From Candidatus Moranbacteria bacterium GW2011_GWC2_40_12 (GTDB taxonomy: Bacteria; Patescibacteriota; Minisyncoccia; Moranbacterales; UBA11712), in the NCBI GenBank assembly GCA_000995965.1, contig LBYD01000003.1, positions 17,713 to 81,712 on the forward strand: a DNA stretch of 64,000 nucleotides. The letters are read 5' to 3'. Position numbers and translations under genes: made by a program. This document shows, one piece after another, positions 46,971 to 57,282 of this stretch (positions within the stretch are counted from its first letter, which is position 1; every line of letters starts with the position of its first letter). Under the pieces are notes generated by a model that worked only from the letters and a program-made list of their open reading frames with translations, made no database searches and had not been told where the DNA came from.

Positions 46971-49208
46971 TTAAAGTCTATTTTTAATACTCAAGTTTTT
47001 GAATAAATGGAAATTAGTCCTCGACATCCGCTCAAGATATTGCTGCATTGTTTCCCGTGCATTGAGAGGGGGAAATTTTTGAAAGGTTTCCTGGGTGAAC
47101 TTAGTCGCTTTTCCCATTTGAGTTATCTCACTATACGTCGATGGTAGCGGCGTATCGCTGGTAACCCCGGGACTCAATCTACTGATTGCCTCATGAACTT
47201 GAGAGGCAGGCGTGTTGAGTTTGAAGCCACCTAAGTTTTCAAGCCAGCTGTTCCAAAGCCGCGCGTTGGCGCTGGTGAGTCCCGCTATTGCCTGTTCATT
47301 CAAAGCTTGAGCTTCGACTCCAAGCCGCGCTATTTTTTCAGCGCTTGCGGCCGACGAAGTTCCCGGCCGGCCGCTTGTCACGTCTTCCCAACGGGCTTTT
47401 GCTTTAGCCTCCATTGCTTCAGCCGCTCTCATTTTTTGATCAGCAATGCTTTCCACCGCTCTTCCTCCACCCCGCACATGATGTTCTGCTGCCGCAGCCG
47501 CCTTTCCCGCACCGTGAGCCGGCTCGTGATGAACGGCTCCAGCCTTGATTTGTGAAGTGTCTCCCACAAACAATTTTCCTTTATCATCCAAAGTCACCAT
47601 ATAGCCCTCTCTGACTACTGACGGCAATTTTCCTCCATGGTGGCTCTTATACCATTCCATCGCATTGGCGGTTTTGTTTTCCGCGAGGATTTTTATTTTT
47701 TGGGCGTCTGACAAATCATTGAAATTATCAGCATTGATCCCCATTCGGCTCAAGAAACCCTGCTTTTTGAGAGAATGAAACAAATTTTGGATTTTTGGAT
47801 CATCAGGCTTAAGATTATATTCCTTCGCGTGTTCTATATACATATCTCTTGTCACCTTCCAGACATTTTCACCGGATTTGATCCTGTGCGAATCACCCAA
47901 AAACGGCTTGCTTGTTTTTTCCGGAGCAACCGATCCTCCAGCCTTGGGCTGCACTTCCGCGTCAGAAATCGGGCTGTGCGCCGGTTCATAGAAACCGGTT
48001 TTCCCGCCCCCGAAGGAATGGGTGATTTTATCCCAGGCCTGGCTAAAAAATCCTTTTATGCCCGCCGCATAATGGCTTACAATAGTGCCTGCGATAAATG
48101 TTCCGCCAGCTAGTCCAAGAGCGAGAAGCTTTTGTTTTCTGTCTTTTGAAGCAAATGTTTGTTCTTCCTCGCCGATCGATTTTCCACCCTCCATCCCTTC
48201 GACAAATTGTATCCATTCTTCCTCAGTTTTGCTCTTTATTGCCTCAATTTGTCTCAAAACATCTTGTTGCACTTCTTTCTTTTTGGCTTCAATGGTCCCT
48301 GCTTCCATTCTTTTTTTTGCCGCGTAACCGGCTCCCACAGCGCTGAAACCACGCCATATAGCGGCCGCTGATGCGCCCGCCGATCCAACAGCCACAACGC
48401 CCAAAGCGGGCAAACTGGCCGCAATCAGTGACGTCGCGGCAAAACCAATAGCTCCAGCCGTTGCAACTCCTTTTGCAACTCCTTTTGCGGTCAATTTTCC
48501 ATCCACGAGAAACTGTTTGGAGACAAAATCTCGATAATTTTTGCCAACATTCGCAAAGCCCACAAGAGCTTTGCCTGGCCACCATTTCGAATTTTCAGCT
48601 CGCAGTTTGTCTTCCTCTGCCCTTGACCTGATAGCGATCGCAGAAATATGGTATTCGGCTAAAAAAGTTTCAAGCTCCCGTTCATTTTCCCTGAATGCTC
48701 TATATCCAGCCATTTTCAATTTCCGAAGTAGTTCCTCTCTCTTTTCCAAAAATTCTTTTATCTCGTCATCCTTCGCCTTTCTTTTTGTAAGACCGACGGA
48801 TTCTAAAGCGCTTGATATAACCCGCCACTTCCTGCCCACTCCTTCTCTCCCTTTGAAAATTTTCTCCTCATTCCCGTCGAATTCCTGCTTTATTTTTTCA
48901 AATTCTTCATGATTTTTTCTTTCATTTTCCGCACTTAAAGCGTCAGATTTGGCTTTTGCTCCTTCAGAATCTTCCTCGCTTGGCCCGCTTTCTTTGTTTT
49001 CCGGATTTACGTCGTTTCTCCCTCCTGACAAATCTTGCGCGGCGGCCGGTTCTTCATCTGGGGGCATTTTATTCTCGCTCAAATCTGGCTCAGATGCGGC
49101 GCCTGTCTTTGCCTTTTTGTTTTCTTCAGAACTTTCCGGAGTTCCGGCGGCAGTTGCACCAGGAGCCTGGCCAGCTTCAGGAAACCTTCCTTTTTTTATT
49201 ATTCCCAT
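46971..49208 (-). CDS. Large hypothetical protein with Gly/Ala-rich hydrophobic helices and possible LysM-like segment
   Basis: 745 aa ORF; disordered acidic N-terminus; HRIKSGENVWKV motif. Confidence 0.7.
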   Translation of the reverse strand: MGIIKKGRFPEAGQAPGATAAGTPESSEENKKAKTGAASEPDLSENKMPPDEEPAAAQDLSGGRNDVNPENKESGPSEEDSEGAKAKSDALSAENERKNHEEFEKIKQEFDGNEEKIFKGREGVGRKWRVISSALESVGLTKRKAKDDEIKEFLEKREELLRKLKMAGYRAFRENERELETFLAEYHISAIAIRSRAEEDKLRAENSKWWPGKALVGFANVGKNYRDFVSKQFLVDGKLTAKGVAKGVATAGAIGFAATSLIAASLPALGVVAVGSAGASAAAIWRGFSAVGAGYAAKKRMEAGTIEAKKKEVQQDVLRQIEAIKSKTEEEWIQFVEGMEGGKSIGEEEQTFASKDRKQKLLALGLAGGTFIAGTIVSHYAAGIKGFFSQAWDKITHSFGGGKTGFYEPAHSPISDAEVQPKAGGSVAPEKTSKPFLGDSHRIKSGENVWKVTRDMYIEHAKEYNLKPDDPKIQNLFHSLKKQGFLSRMGINADNFNDLSDAQKIKILAENKTANAMEWYKSHHGGKLPSVVREGYMVTLDDKGKLFVGDTSQIKAGAVHHEPAHGAGKAAAAAEHHVRGGGRAVESIADQKMRAAEAMEAKAKARWEDVTSGRPGTSSAASAEKIARLGVEAQALNEQAIAGLTSANARLWNSWLENLGGFKLNTPASQVHEAISRLSPGVTSDTPLPSTYSEITQMGKATKFTQETFQKFPPLNARETMQQYLERMSRTNFHLFKNLSIKNRL

Positions 49209-49224
49209 TATTATAAAGTTAATT

Positions 49225-50754
49225 TTATGATTTTTTTGCGCCTCGAATGAACTCTTCCAGCAAAATTCTGCTGTTATAATATCTGATAATCAGCTTGGCA
49301 TTTTCTTTGTCATAACCGGCTTTTCCGGCTTCACCTTCCAGCTCTCCCCGAAATTCATTCTTGAACTTTCCCGACTCTTCCGCTGTTGAAATCTTTCTTT
49401 CTTTTTTTTCCTCGAAATAATCATCCAATACTTCTGGATTCAGAAAATATCTTTGAAAAAAAGCGACATCGAAGTTTTCTTTCGAAACGATCTCCCTGAA
49501 AACTCTTTTCAGCGAATTGAGAATGCTCATGTTATCCTTGCGAGCCTTATCCGCGTCTTCTGGCTTCATTTCTTTGTATTTTTTCTCGACTTCTTTATTC
49601 AAATTTGTGATTCCCGCTCTATTCACCAATTCCACGTATTTTTTCTTTTGCTCTTCGTTTAGCTTGTCATATTCTCTTTCTTTCATGGCCTCTCCATTGC
49701 CCTTTTTTTGGTGCGCCTCCGATGCCAAAAGCGATGCCACTTCCCCTGGTTGAAGATTCGGCGCTGGTTCATCTGGTGCGGGTGATGATCCTTTTTTTTG
49801 TTCTGCATCGCCCGATATTTTTCCTTTCGGCAAAATTTTTATGATTTCCTGTCCCCTTGAAAAAGCATTTGTTGCTACCCGCCGGGCTTCGGTTATAATC
49901 AGCTGATCAGCTAATGGGCTTTCGTATTCATCTCCCAACAATTTGAGAATCAGACCCGCGTGTCCGTCAATATTTTCGAGGATTTTATGCCTGATTTTCC
50001 CTTTTTCATGCTCCAGCCTCCCGTAATCGACGCCCAAAATCTTCTTTTTTTCGACGAATGCGTCTATCCTCGCCACACTTTCAGCAATGGCTTGCCTAAT
50101 CGCCTCAACAATTTTTTTTCTCATTTCCTTCTGTTTCGAATTTTCGCCTGATTTGTCAATGGTCATTTCGCCAGCGTCCGGCACGTCCTCGCCCAGTAAA
50201 ATTTTTACCTTTTTTATTTGCTCTTCAATGATGCCGAGATTTTTTTCCGATCTAGTTTTTTCCGCAGCGGCTTCTAGCGCGTGCCTGTAATAGCCCAGAA
50301 TGGCTTTCGTAGTTTCATCCCTGATTTCAGGAATTTGATTCAGATTATTTTCCAAAATAACCTTTTCCAGCTCTTCTGTCCCATTTTGATATTTTTTGGA
50401 AAGGGCATCCAGGGTGTATCCCAAGCAACTTTTCGCAATTTCGTCCTCCTCCAGCAATTTTCGCGTTCTCTTCACCCAAGGCGCAAGGACTTTCAACCCG
50501 TTTTCATTCAGGATTTTGGTTAAATTGCTTTCGTTGGAAAATAATTTTTCATAGTATTCTTTTATTTTTTCGATGTAATCTTTTTTCGGACTATCCGGAC
50601 CTTTTTCTCCTTTTCCATCGACTGGCAAATCGGCTGGAGGCAAAGGAGAATCTTCAGCGCTTTGTCTCGCAGCAGTTTCCTGAGGTGAATCTTCCGGCAT
50701 CGCTCCTTCAGGCGGCTCTTCTATTCTCTTTCGATGTATATTTTCTTCAGCCAT
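49225..50754 (-). CDS. Large helical hypothetical protein
   Basis: About 509 aa, K/E-rich, co-oriented in the VirD4-like cluster. Confidence 0.7.
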   Translation of the reverse strand: MAEENIHRKRIEEPPEGAMPEDSPQETAARQSAEDSPLPPADLPVDGKGEKGPDSPKKDYIEKIKEYYEKLFSNESNLTKILNENGLKVLAPWVKRTRKLLEEDEIAKSCLGYTLDALSKKYQNGTEELEKVILENNLNQIPEIRDETTKAILGYYRHALEAAAEKTRSEKNLGIIEEQIKKVKILLGEDVPDAGEMTIDKSGENSKQKEMRKKIVEAIRQAIAESVARIDAFVEKKKILGVDYGRLEHEKGKIRHKILENIDGHAGLILKLLGDEYESPLADQLIITEARRVATNAFSRGQEIIKILPKGKISGDAEQKKGSSPAPDEPAPNLQPGEVASLLASEAHQKKGNGEAMKEREYDKLNEEQKKKYVELVNRAGITNLNKEVEKKYKEMKPEDADKARKDNMSILNSLKRVFREIVSKENFDVAFFQRYFLNPEVLDDYFEEKKERKISTAEESGKFKNEFRGELEGEAGKAGYDKENAKLIIRYYNSRILLEEFIRGAKKS

Positions 50755-50978
50755 TTTTTTATATTTCACAAACCAAAACTAAACTTATCTTATAAGTCTC
50801 CAAAATTTTTGTTTTTATATTACGTTTAAATTATACCACAAAAACTTTCTGAAGTGAACAACTCTCGGCGGTGTGGATAAGTCCGAGCAATTTTCTCTCA
50901 AAAGAAAAAGCCCCAGCGCCGCCCTCGAGTGGAAATCCACATGGGTTTGGCGCCAGAGGCTTTGAAGTTTGGCGATCC

Positions 50979-51839
50979 CTATTCAGTTGCCCTCACTTTC
51001 AGTTCAAATGAGTGGAGCTGTCCATGATTGTATTCAACCGAAATTCGACTTTCTCCTTTTCGGTTGCCAATATAAACATTGGGCGTGATTATCTTGAGCG
51101 CTTCCCCCTCAATCCTGATTTTTTCACAGGTAGTGATTCTGTCGGTCCGGATCAGCATTATGCCTTTGTCCACGGGCATAGTTATAGTCGAACCGTTAGC
51201 AAGGACGCCCCGATCCACCGTGGTTGCTCTCTTTTTACGGCGCACGATTTCCCCCAAACGGGCAGATATTTTTCCATCACTCATATTGAAGGAAACGATA
51301 TATCCGCCCGCATAGAGAAGGAGATTTTTGCCCACAATTTCATCTTTGAAAATAACTTTGCCGCCTTCGAACTCTATGACCGATGATCTCAAGCTGGACC
51401 ATTCAATCAAGCGCCCGCCTTCGGCCGTGAGAGAGCCGCACTCCAGAAACCGTTCCGGAAAAACTTTTTCCAATTTCCTGGCATGCGGATAGAAACAGAA
51501 GAAAGAATAACTCAAATTTCCGGAACTGCCTTCTTTTTTGACAAAAACGATACCGTCATCGCCATTGAAGAAATTCTTGACAATGAGGATTGAATTGGCC
51601 TCAAGTTCTCCGGAGCAGAAAACCTCTTCTTTTTCTTCGTCGCCATCGAAGAAATACTTCGAAATTTCATACTTGGCTTTCCCGTTGTCAGCCCATTGGT
51701 GCCAAAGGGCATACTCCTGATACAATCGGTTAAAATACAAGATTTCCCACACACCCTGCCGGTTAGCGGCCAAGGCATTTGTGCCGATTATTAAAGAAAA
51801 AAAGAGAACAAACCGCAATATCCACAATTTTTTGGCCAT
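50979..51839 (-). CDS. Hypothetical exported protein
   Basis: GGAGGGG SD, signal peptide ending ALA, branched hairpin downstream. Confidence 0.65.
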   Translation of the reverse strand: MAKKLWILRFVLFFSLIIGTNALAANRQGVWEILYFNRLYQEYALWHQWADNGKAKYEISKYFFDGDEEKEEVFCSGELEANSILIVKNFFNGDDGIVFVKKEGSSGNLSYSFFCFYPHARKLEKVFPERFLECGSLTAEGGRLIEWSSLRSSVIEFEGGKVIFKDEIVGKNLLLYAGGYIVSFNMSDGKISARLGEIVRRKKRATTVDRGVLANGSTITMPVDKGIMLIRTDRITTCEKIRIEGEALKIITPNVYIGNRKGESRISVEYNHGQLHSFELKVRATE

Positions 51840-51883
51840 TTCCTTTCCCCTCCCACTGAAATTTTGAGCGCTTTGCCGCCTTG

Positions 51884-51943
51884 CCCCGCACCAAAAATGC
51901 GCTTTTCGCATTTTTTCGATGATTCTCGAATTTTGGTGCGGGG
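51884..51943. repeat. CCCCGCACCAAAA...TTTTGGTGCGGGG inverted-repeat element
   Basis: Perfect 13-bp terminal inverted repeats. Confidence 0.85.
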
Positions 51944-52053
51944 TGAAAAAACGCTTTGTTTCTTTGACTAATGCTTAGAACAGAAAAAAGATATTGTCAA
52001 GCCTCGCGGTTGTGCTGTATAATATGATCATCGGAATAACTTCTAAAACAGAA

Positions 52054-53742
52054 ATGAAAAGGAAAACGAGAAATCAAAAAAAATCTGCCCTGAAGGACAG
52101 AATAGCTGTTTTTTGGAAAGATAAATCTTTTCTCCGGCATCGTTTTTTTTATTTGACAGTCGCGGCATCGATTTTTGCGATTGCTATTCTGGCAAGGACA
52201 TATCATATCACGACTTTGCCACCGGGAGTCTATCCGGACGAAGCCGTGAACGGGACAGACGCTATCAACGCTCTTGAAACTGGCCAATTTCAATGGTTCT
52301 ATCCTAATAACTACGGACGTGAAGGACTCTTTATGAATCTCATTGCTCTGGGATTCAAGATTTTCGGCGTGAGCGTCATAACTCTCAAAATGTGGTCCGT
52401 TCTTTTCGGCGTGCTGACCGTGGCCGGAATGATGCTTCTTGCCCGCGAGCTTTTCGGAACCTATCGCGCCGGCCTTGTCGCCGGATTCCTCTATGCCACT
52501 TCTTTTTGGGCTATCAATTTCAACCGCATTTCCTTCCGGGCCAATATGCTGCCGTTCGTCCTTGTTTTCACTTTCTATTTCCTCTTTAAGGGCCTTCGGG
52601 AGAAAAAAACCTATGATTATATCCTAGCCGGCGTCTTTTTTGGCCTTGGTGTCCATGGATATATCGCTTTCCGGATCGCGCCCGCAATTCTGGCCGCGCT
52701 GTTTCTCGCTTTTCTCATTTCAAAGAAAAAATTTCTTCGCCAATACTGGAAATCAATTCTGTCTTTTTTGCTGGCCGCCTTTTTTATCGCCCTTCCGATG
52801 CTCCTCACTTTCTGGTTCCATCCTGAATATTTTGAAACCCGCTCCGAATCCGTGTCTGTTTTTTCACCGAAAGTCAATCAAGGCCATCTTGGAAAAGCTC
52901 TCTGGGAAAGCGTGACCAAAACCTTTGGGATGTTCAATTTTCAGGGGGACCAAAACTGGCGGCATAATTTTCCAAGCCAGCCCCAGCTTCAATCCTGGAC
53001 GGGCATTTTTTTCTTGATCGGAATAATCGTCTTGTTTTATCATTTCTTTTTCTGGCTCTATCAAAGGATCAAAAACGGAAAAAGGAGCCAGGAATTTGTG
53101 GTTTCCGTTTTGCTTCTCTCATGGCTCGCAGCAATGCTGCTCCCCGGACTTCTCACCTATGAAGGCCTTCCCCACGCCCTCCGCACCATTGGCGCCCTTC
53201 CAGCCGCGATCCTCATTGCCGCTTTCGCCGTGGAAATTATTTTCAGATTCCTGGATCATATGAAAGCAAAAAATTTCCGGCTTCCGATTGCCCAGCTCGG
53301 CCGCGGAGCGCTTATCTTTCTCATTGCCTGGTCCGGATTTGTCGCCATAAAAACATATTTCATCGACTGGGCGAGCGCTCCAGAGATTCACGCGGGCTTT
53401 TCCCAAAATTTCAAAAATATGGCTCTTTATCTCAATAATCTTCCGGTTAGCGTCAACAAATATGTCGTCGCCAATGCTGGCGGCCAAATCATGGATGACG
53501 GCCTGCCGGTTTCAGCCGAAGTAGTCAGACTTCTCACTCATTCTCCCACACCGGGAATAAATTATTCCCGGCCCGGCGACTTCGACCCAAAAAACATCAA
53601 GGTACCGGCCAAAGTTGTCCTCATGTATTATGACGGAGAAATCATTGCCAAGATAAAATCGATTTTCCCCGGCGCCCTCGTCCAAAAACTCGACCCTCAG
53701 CCGGGAAACGGGACCGATTATTATGTTATTAATGTTAACTAA
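52054..53742 (+). CDS. GT-C fold glycosyltransferase (family 39/ArnT-PMT-like)
   Basis: PPGVYPDEA.NG.DA, GREGL, many TM helices. Confidence 0.85.
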   Translation: MKRKTRNQKKSALKDRIAVFWKDKSFLRHRFFYLTVAASIFAIAILARTYHITTLPPGVYPDEAVNGTDAINALETGQFQWFYPNNYGREGLFMNLIALGFKIFGVSVITLKMWSVLFGVLTVAGMMLLARELFGTYRAGLVAGFLYATSFWAINFNRISFRANMLPFVLVFTFYFLFKGLREKKTYDYILAGVFFGLGVHGYIAFRIAPAILAALFLAFLISKKKFLRQYWKSILSFLLAAFFIALPMLLTFWFHPEYFETRSESVSVFSPKVNQGHLGKALWESVTKTFGMFNFQGDQNWRHNFPSQPQLQSWTGIFFLIGIIVLFYHFFFWLYQRIKNGKRSQEFVVSVLLLSWLAAMLLPGLLTYEGLPHALRTIGALPAAILIAAFAVEIIFRFLDHMKAKNFRLPIAQLGRGALIFLIAWSGFVAIKTYFIDWASAPEIHAGFSQNFKNMALYLNNLPVSVNKYVVANAGGQIMDDGLPVSAEVVRLLTHSPTPGINYSRPGDFDPKNIKVPAKVVLMYYDGEIIAKIKSIFPGALVQKLDPQPGNGTDYYVINVN

Positions 53743-53747
53743 AATTT

Positions 53748-55544
53748 ATGCTCGAAAAATACCAGCATCATATCGTGGCGGCAATTCTTATTATAGTACT
53801 CGCCATCTCCATCGGCACGGCACTCGGCGATGCGGCCATAATGGATGAGGTAGCCCATATTCCGTCGGGTTATTCCTATGTGAAATATCATGACTTCCGC
53901 CTCAATCCGGAACACCCGCCGCTTCTCAAAGATTTGGCCGGAATCCCCCTGCAATTTTTGGATGTCAGCTTTCCGACCAACGAGCAATTTTGGACCACCG
54001 ACGCCAATGGCCAATGGAACGCCGGCTGGCGTTTTCTGTATCTCCCCGGAAATGACACGGAAAAAATCATTTTTTGGTCGCGTTTCCCGATTATTCTCCT
54101 TTCACTTCTTCTCGGATTTTTTATTTTCAAATGGGCCAAGGAACTCTTCGGCCTGAAAGCAGGGCTTCTGGCGCTGGCTTTCTACGCCTTTGATCCCAAT
54201 ATTCTCGGCCACAATCACTATGTCACAACCGATCTTGGCATTGCCGCTTTTCTCTTTTTTGCCTTTTATTTTTTCCTGAAGTATCTCAAAAATCCGAATT
54301 GGCAGACAATCGCACTGGCTGGAATTTTCATGGCATTGGCGCAGCTGGCCAAATTTTCGGCAGTTCTTATGTTCCCTGTTTTTGGCATTGTTCTCCTCGC
54401 CAACATATTCTTTCGAAAGAAAAAAATCAAGTTTTCCCTCCTGGGATCGGGAAAAATAAAAAAATTCTGGCTTCAGAAATTTTATCTATACTCGTCCAGC
54501 TTTGTCATTATTTTTCTCATCCATATTCTTCTTATCGGAGTTGTCTATCAGCTGAATATCTATCGCATGCCAACCGAAAAAATTCACGAGCTTGTTGACA
54601 CGCAGCTGTATGGCGGATCGAAGAACCTTACCGGCGACACTCTTCACAAAATGGCGGATAACCCCGTTCTCCGCCCCTATAGCCAGTATCTTACAGGCCT
54701 TTTTATGGTTTTTGGGCGGGTGGCCGGCGGAAACACGACATATTTCTTCGGCCAGGTAACAAACCAGAGTTTTCGGGAATATTTTCCCATGGTGTTTCTC
54801 ATCAAAGAGCCTATACCCATTCTCCTGTTTCTCCTTAGCGCTCTGGCCATTGCTCTTTATTTCATCCTCCGAAATAATTTGGCTGATTTCCCGAGGCATA
54901 TTTGGAAAAACGTGAAAAATTATCTGGACGGCCATATTGCCGAAACTGCCATGCTTCTCTTCGTTGCCCTTTATGCCTATGTGAGCATCACGGGCAATCT
55001 CAACATCGGTTTTCGTCATCTTTTTCCGATTCTTCCGTTCATGTATATTCTCGTTTCCAAAGAAATTGTTTTTCTCTGGGCAAAATTGAGAGGCAATGCC
55101 AGAAAAATCTATTCTGTTGCTGTCGCCGTTCTTTTGCTCTGGCTCGCCGCCGAGACGGCTCTGGCCTATCCCTATTATCTCGCCTACTTCAATGAAACCG
55201 TTGGCGGATCAAAAAACGGCTACAAGTATGTAACCGATTCTAATGTTGACTGGGGGCAGGAGCTCAAACGCCTTCAAACCTTCATCGAGAAGAATAATAT
55301 TGAAAAAATCCGAGTTGACTATTTCGGCGGCGGCGATGTGAAACATTACCTTGGTGAAAGAGCGGTTATTTGGCACGCGGATCTGGGGCAAGAACCCGGC
55401 TGGTATGCAATATCCGCGACTTTCATCCAAAATTCTCTTTACTATAAAATCACCGAAGGAAAACCCGACTACCAGTGGCTGCGGGAAAAAGAACCTTATG
55501 CCGCAATCGGGCACTCAATACTGATATATAGAATTGTGAATTAA
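53748..55544 (+). CDS. GT-C fold glycosyltransferase (family 39-like)
   Basis: DEVAHIPSGY, NPEHPPL.K, DSNVDWGQ, many TM helices. Confidence 0.88.
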   Translation: MLEKYQHHIVAAILIIVLAISIGTALGDAAIMDEVAHIPSGYSYVKYHDFRLNPEHPPLLKDLAGIPLQFLDVSFPTNEQFWTTDANGQWNAGWRFLYLPGNDTEKIIFWSRFPIILLSLLLGFFIFKWAKELFGLKAGLLALAFYAFDPNILGHNHYVTTDLGIAAFLFFAFYFFLKYLKNPNWQTIALAGIFMALAQLAKFSAVLMFPVFGIVLLANIFFRKKKIKFSLLGSGKIKKFWLQKFYLYSSSFVIIFLIHILLIGVVYQLNIYRMPTEKIHELVDTQLYGGSKNLTGDTLHKMADNPVLRPYSQYLTGLFMVFGRVAGGNTTYFFGQVTNQSFREYFPMVFLIKEPIPILLFLLSALAIALYFILRNNLADFPRHIWKNVKNYLDGHIAETAMLLFVALYAYVSITGNLNIGFRHLFPILPFMYILVSKEIVFLWAKLRGNARKIYSVAVAVLLLWLAAETALAYPYYLAYFNETVGGSKNGYKYVTDSNVDWGQELKRLQTFIEKNNIEKIRVDYFGGGDVKHYLGERAVIWHADLGQEPGWYAISATFIQNSLYYKITEGKPDYQWLREKEPYAAIGHSILIYRIVN

Positions 55545-55640
55545 GAATTTTGAATTGAGAATAGGAATATCGAATATTGAATCCTGAATTCTTTATTTTT
55601 TCTTCCCATTCAAAATTCAAAATTCGCAATTCCAAACTCC
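55531..55640. repeat. Inverted heptamer array, type C, between convergent genes
   Basis: GAATTGT GAATTAA GAATTTT GAATTGA.. / ..ATTCAAA ATTCAAA ATTCGCA ATTCCAA. Confidence 0.9.
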
Positions 55641-55646
55641 AAAAAC

Positions 55647-56525
55647 CTATCTCAACTTATAATACACCTTCCCTTTCACCCTTATGTCCAAGTATTCCAG
55701 CTGGGATTTTTTATCCCCGGCGAGGTCTTTCTCGAATACTGTTTCGAGTATTTTTTTTGTTTCTTGCGGCGGAATGGCGCTCAAAAGCTTCAATGTCCAG
55801 CTTCCGTCGCCTTCTTTGATTCTTGTTATGATCTCCTGCGAAGTAAGAGCCGGCGTGTGATAATTTCCGTCAATTGAAAGCCCCAAATCATCGACAATCA
55901 CTGCATCAATTTCTTTGAGATACCTGATAAAGTCCTCGCCAAGCGTTGTTTTTCCCGTTTCCACGGGACGGGCGTTATCGTCAATCGCAACCAGAAAACG
56001 GTTTTTGTTTATTTCTTCGTCAGTCGCATTTGCCCCGGAATAGATCAAGCCGCTCTTATCGGCCAAATAGCAAACTCCCCCGCTGCACCAGACGAGTTCC
56101 GGCTGGCGCTCCCTGACTTTTATAAGTATCGCTCGCGGGAATTTCTTTTCAATCGATGAAATTTCGAGACGGTTGAAATCATCTTTGAGCTGGCTGCTTA
56201 TCGCGCTTTTATTGACCAGAAAAAAATTTCTTTTTGAAAAATACCTGATATATTTCCCCTCCATCACTCCTTCAACTTTTTCGATTATTCGCTCCGATGT
56301 AATTTCTTTGTTTCCTTCGACGGAAACCGATTCAATCTCCAAAAACGGGGAGAATAAAAGAAGATACCCGCAAACCCCAAAAAATCCCAAAAACAATACC
56401 CAAAAAATAAAGCGGCTGAAGCGGCCCCTTTTTTCCCGATTGTCCCTTCTCGGAACGCCTGAATAGACTTTTGGATTTCTCCCCTTCCAGCTTTTGTTTT
56501 TTTCTTTTTTTTGGAAAAAAGACAT
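55647..56525 (-). CDS. FtsQ/DivIB-like POTRA domain protein
   Basis: TM, I..VSVEGN, KKFP..I.IKV.ER, YLDIR motif. Confidence 0.8.
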   Translation of the reverse strand: MSFFQKKEKNKSWKGRNPKVYSGVPRRDNREKRGRFSRFIFWVLFLGFFGVCGYLLLFSPFLEIESVSVEGNKEITSERIIEKVEGVMEGKYIRYFSKRNFFLVNKSAISSQLKDDFNRLEISSIEKKFPRAILIKVRERQPELVWCSGGVCYLADKSGLIYSGANATDEEINKNRFLVAIDDNARPVETGKTTLGEDFIRYLKEIDAVIVDDLGLSIDGNYHTPALTSQEIITRIKEGDGSWTLKLLSAIPPQETKKILETVFEKDLAGDKKSQLEYLDIRVKGKVYYKLR

Positions 56526-56534
56526 GGATGAATT

Positions 56535-57278
56535 TTATAAAAAGCTTTTCACCACCTTTGCCGCCATCCAGGCGTATATGTTCGTCCGGCCGTATTTCTT
56601 GATTCGGACGGATTCTTGCTTTTCTTGAAAAATGAAATCGAAAGTCTGGCCTTGGGCGTCGGTCCTCAAGTTTTCCGCCCGTGCTTCAGCCTCTTCGGAA
56701 AAACCGAATGTCGTCACTTTCGCTTTAGTGAAATTTTTGAGTTCCTTCACTCGGCCATCGTCGCAGTTCAAAAAGAGATAACCGTCTTTCGGCAATTGCT
56801 GAACCAGCAATTTCAATTCACCAAAAACATTGTCGAGGCTCGAATTCGCGTAAGTATAGCTTCCCTCGATGTTTGTAACAATAACTGCATTGGGACGCAC
56901 CATTTCAAGAAGGGGCTTCATGTCGCCTTTTTCCTCAACGCCAAGTTCGAGGACCAGTTTCTTGGGAAATTTCCGGCCAAAAAGGGCCCGCATTTTAGCC
57001 TGGACAAGAATTTTGAGCCACCGAAGCGCCGAAGATTCTCCGGAATCGAGATAGAGAATGGCGAGTGGCAGGCCGATTTCGGTGTTATATGATTTCGGGT
57101 TTCCCCGCACTTCTTTTTCGCCGTATTTTTCCCGCAGAAATTTCAAGATATAATCTTTGGTCGTGGTCTTGTTCGTGCTTCCCGCCACGGCAATGATGAA
57201 AGGCCTGTGCCGCCAGAGGGTTATCTTTGTCAAAAGCTTGAGATGAAATTGGACAATTTTCTTAAATATTGATTTCAT
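56535..57278 (-). CDS. Truncated Mur ligase family protein (MurF-like central domain only)
   Basis: IAVAGSTNKTTTK, SYNTEIGLP, VLELG, LNCDD; no C-terminal domain. Confidence 0.8.
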   Translation of the reverse strand: MKSIFKKIVQFHLKLLTKITLWRHRPFIIAVAGSTNKTTTKDYILKFLREKYGEKEVRGNPKSYNTEIGLPLAILYLDSGESSALRWLKILVQAKMRALFGRKFPKKLVLELGVEEKGDMKPLLEMVRPNAVIVTNIEGSYTYANSSLDNVFGELKLLVQQLPKDGYLFLNCDDGRVKELKNFTKAKVTTFGFSEEAEARAENLRTDAQGQTFDFIFQEKQESVRIKKYGRTNIYAWMAAKVVKSFL

Positions 57279-57282
57279 CAAT

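Noticed and set aside
46971-51839. Prophage or genomic island
   Set aside because: No integrase, terminase, capsid or att duplication is recognisable.
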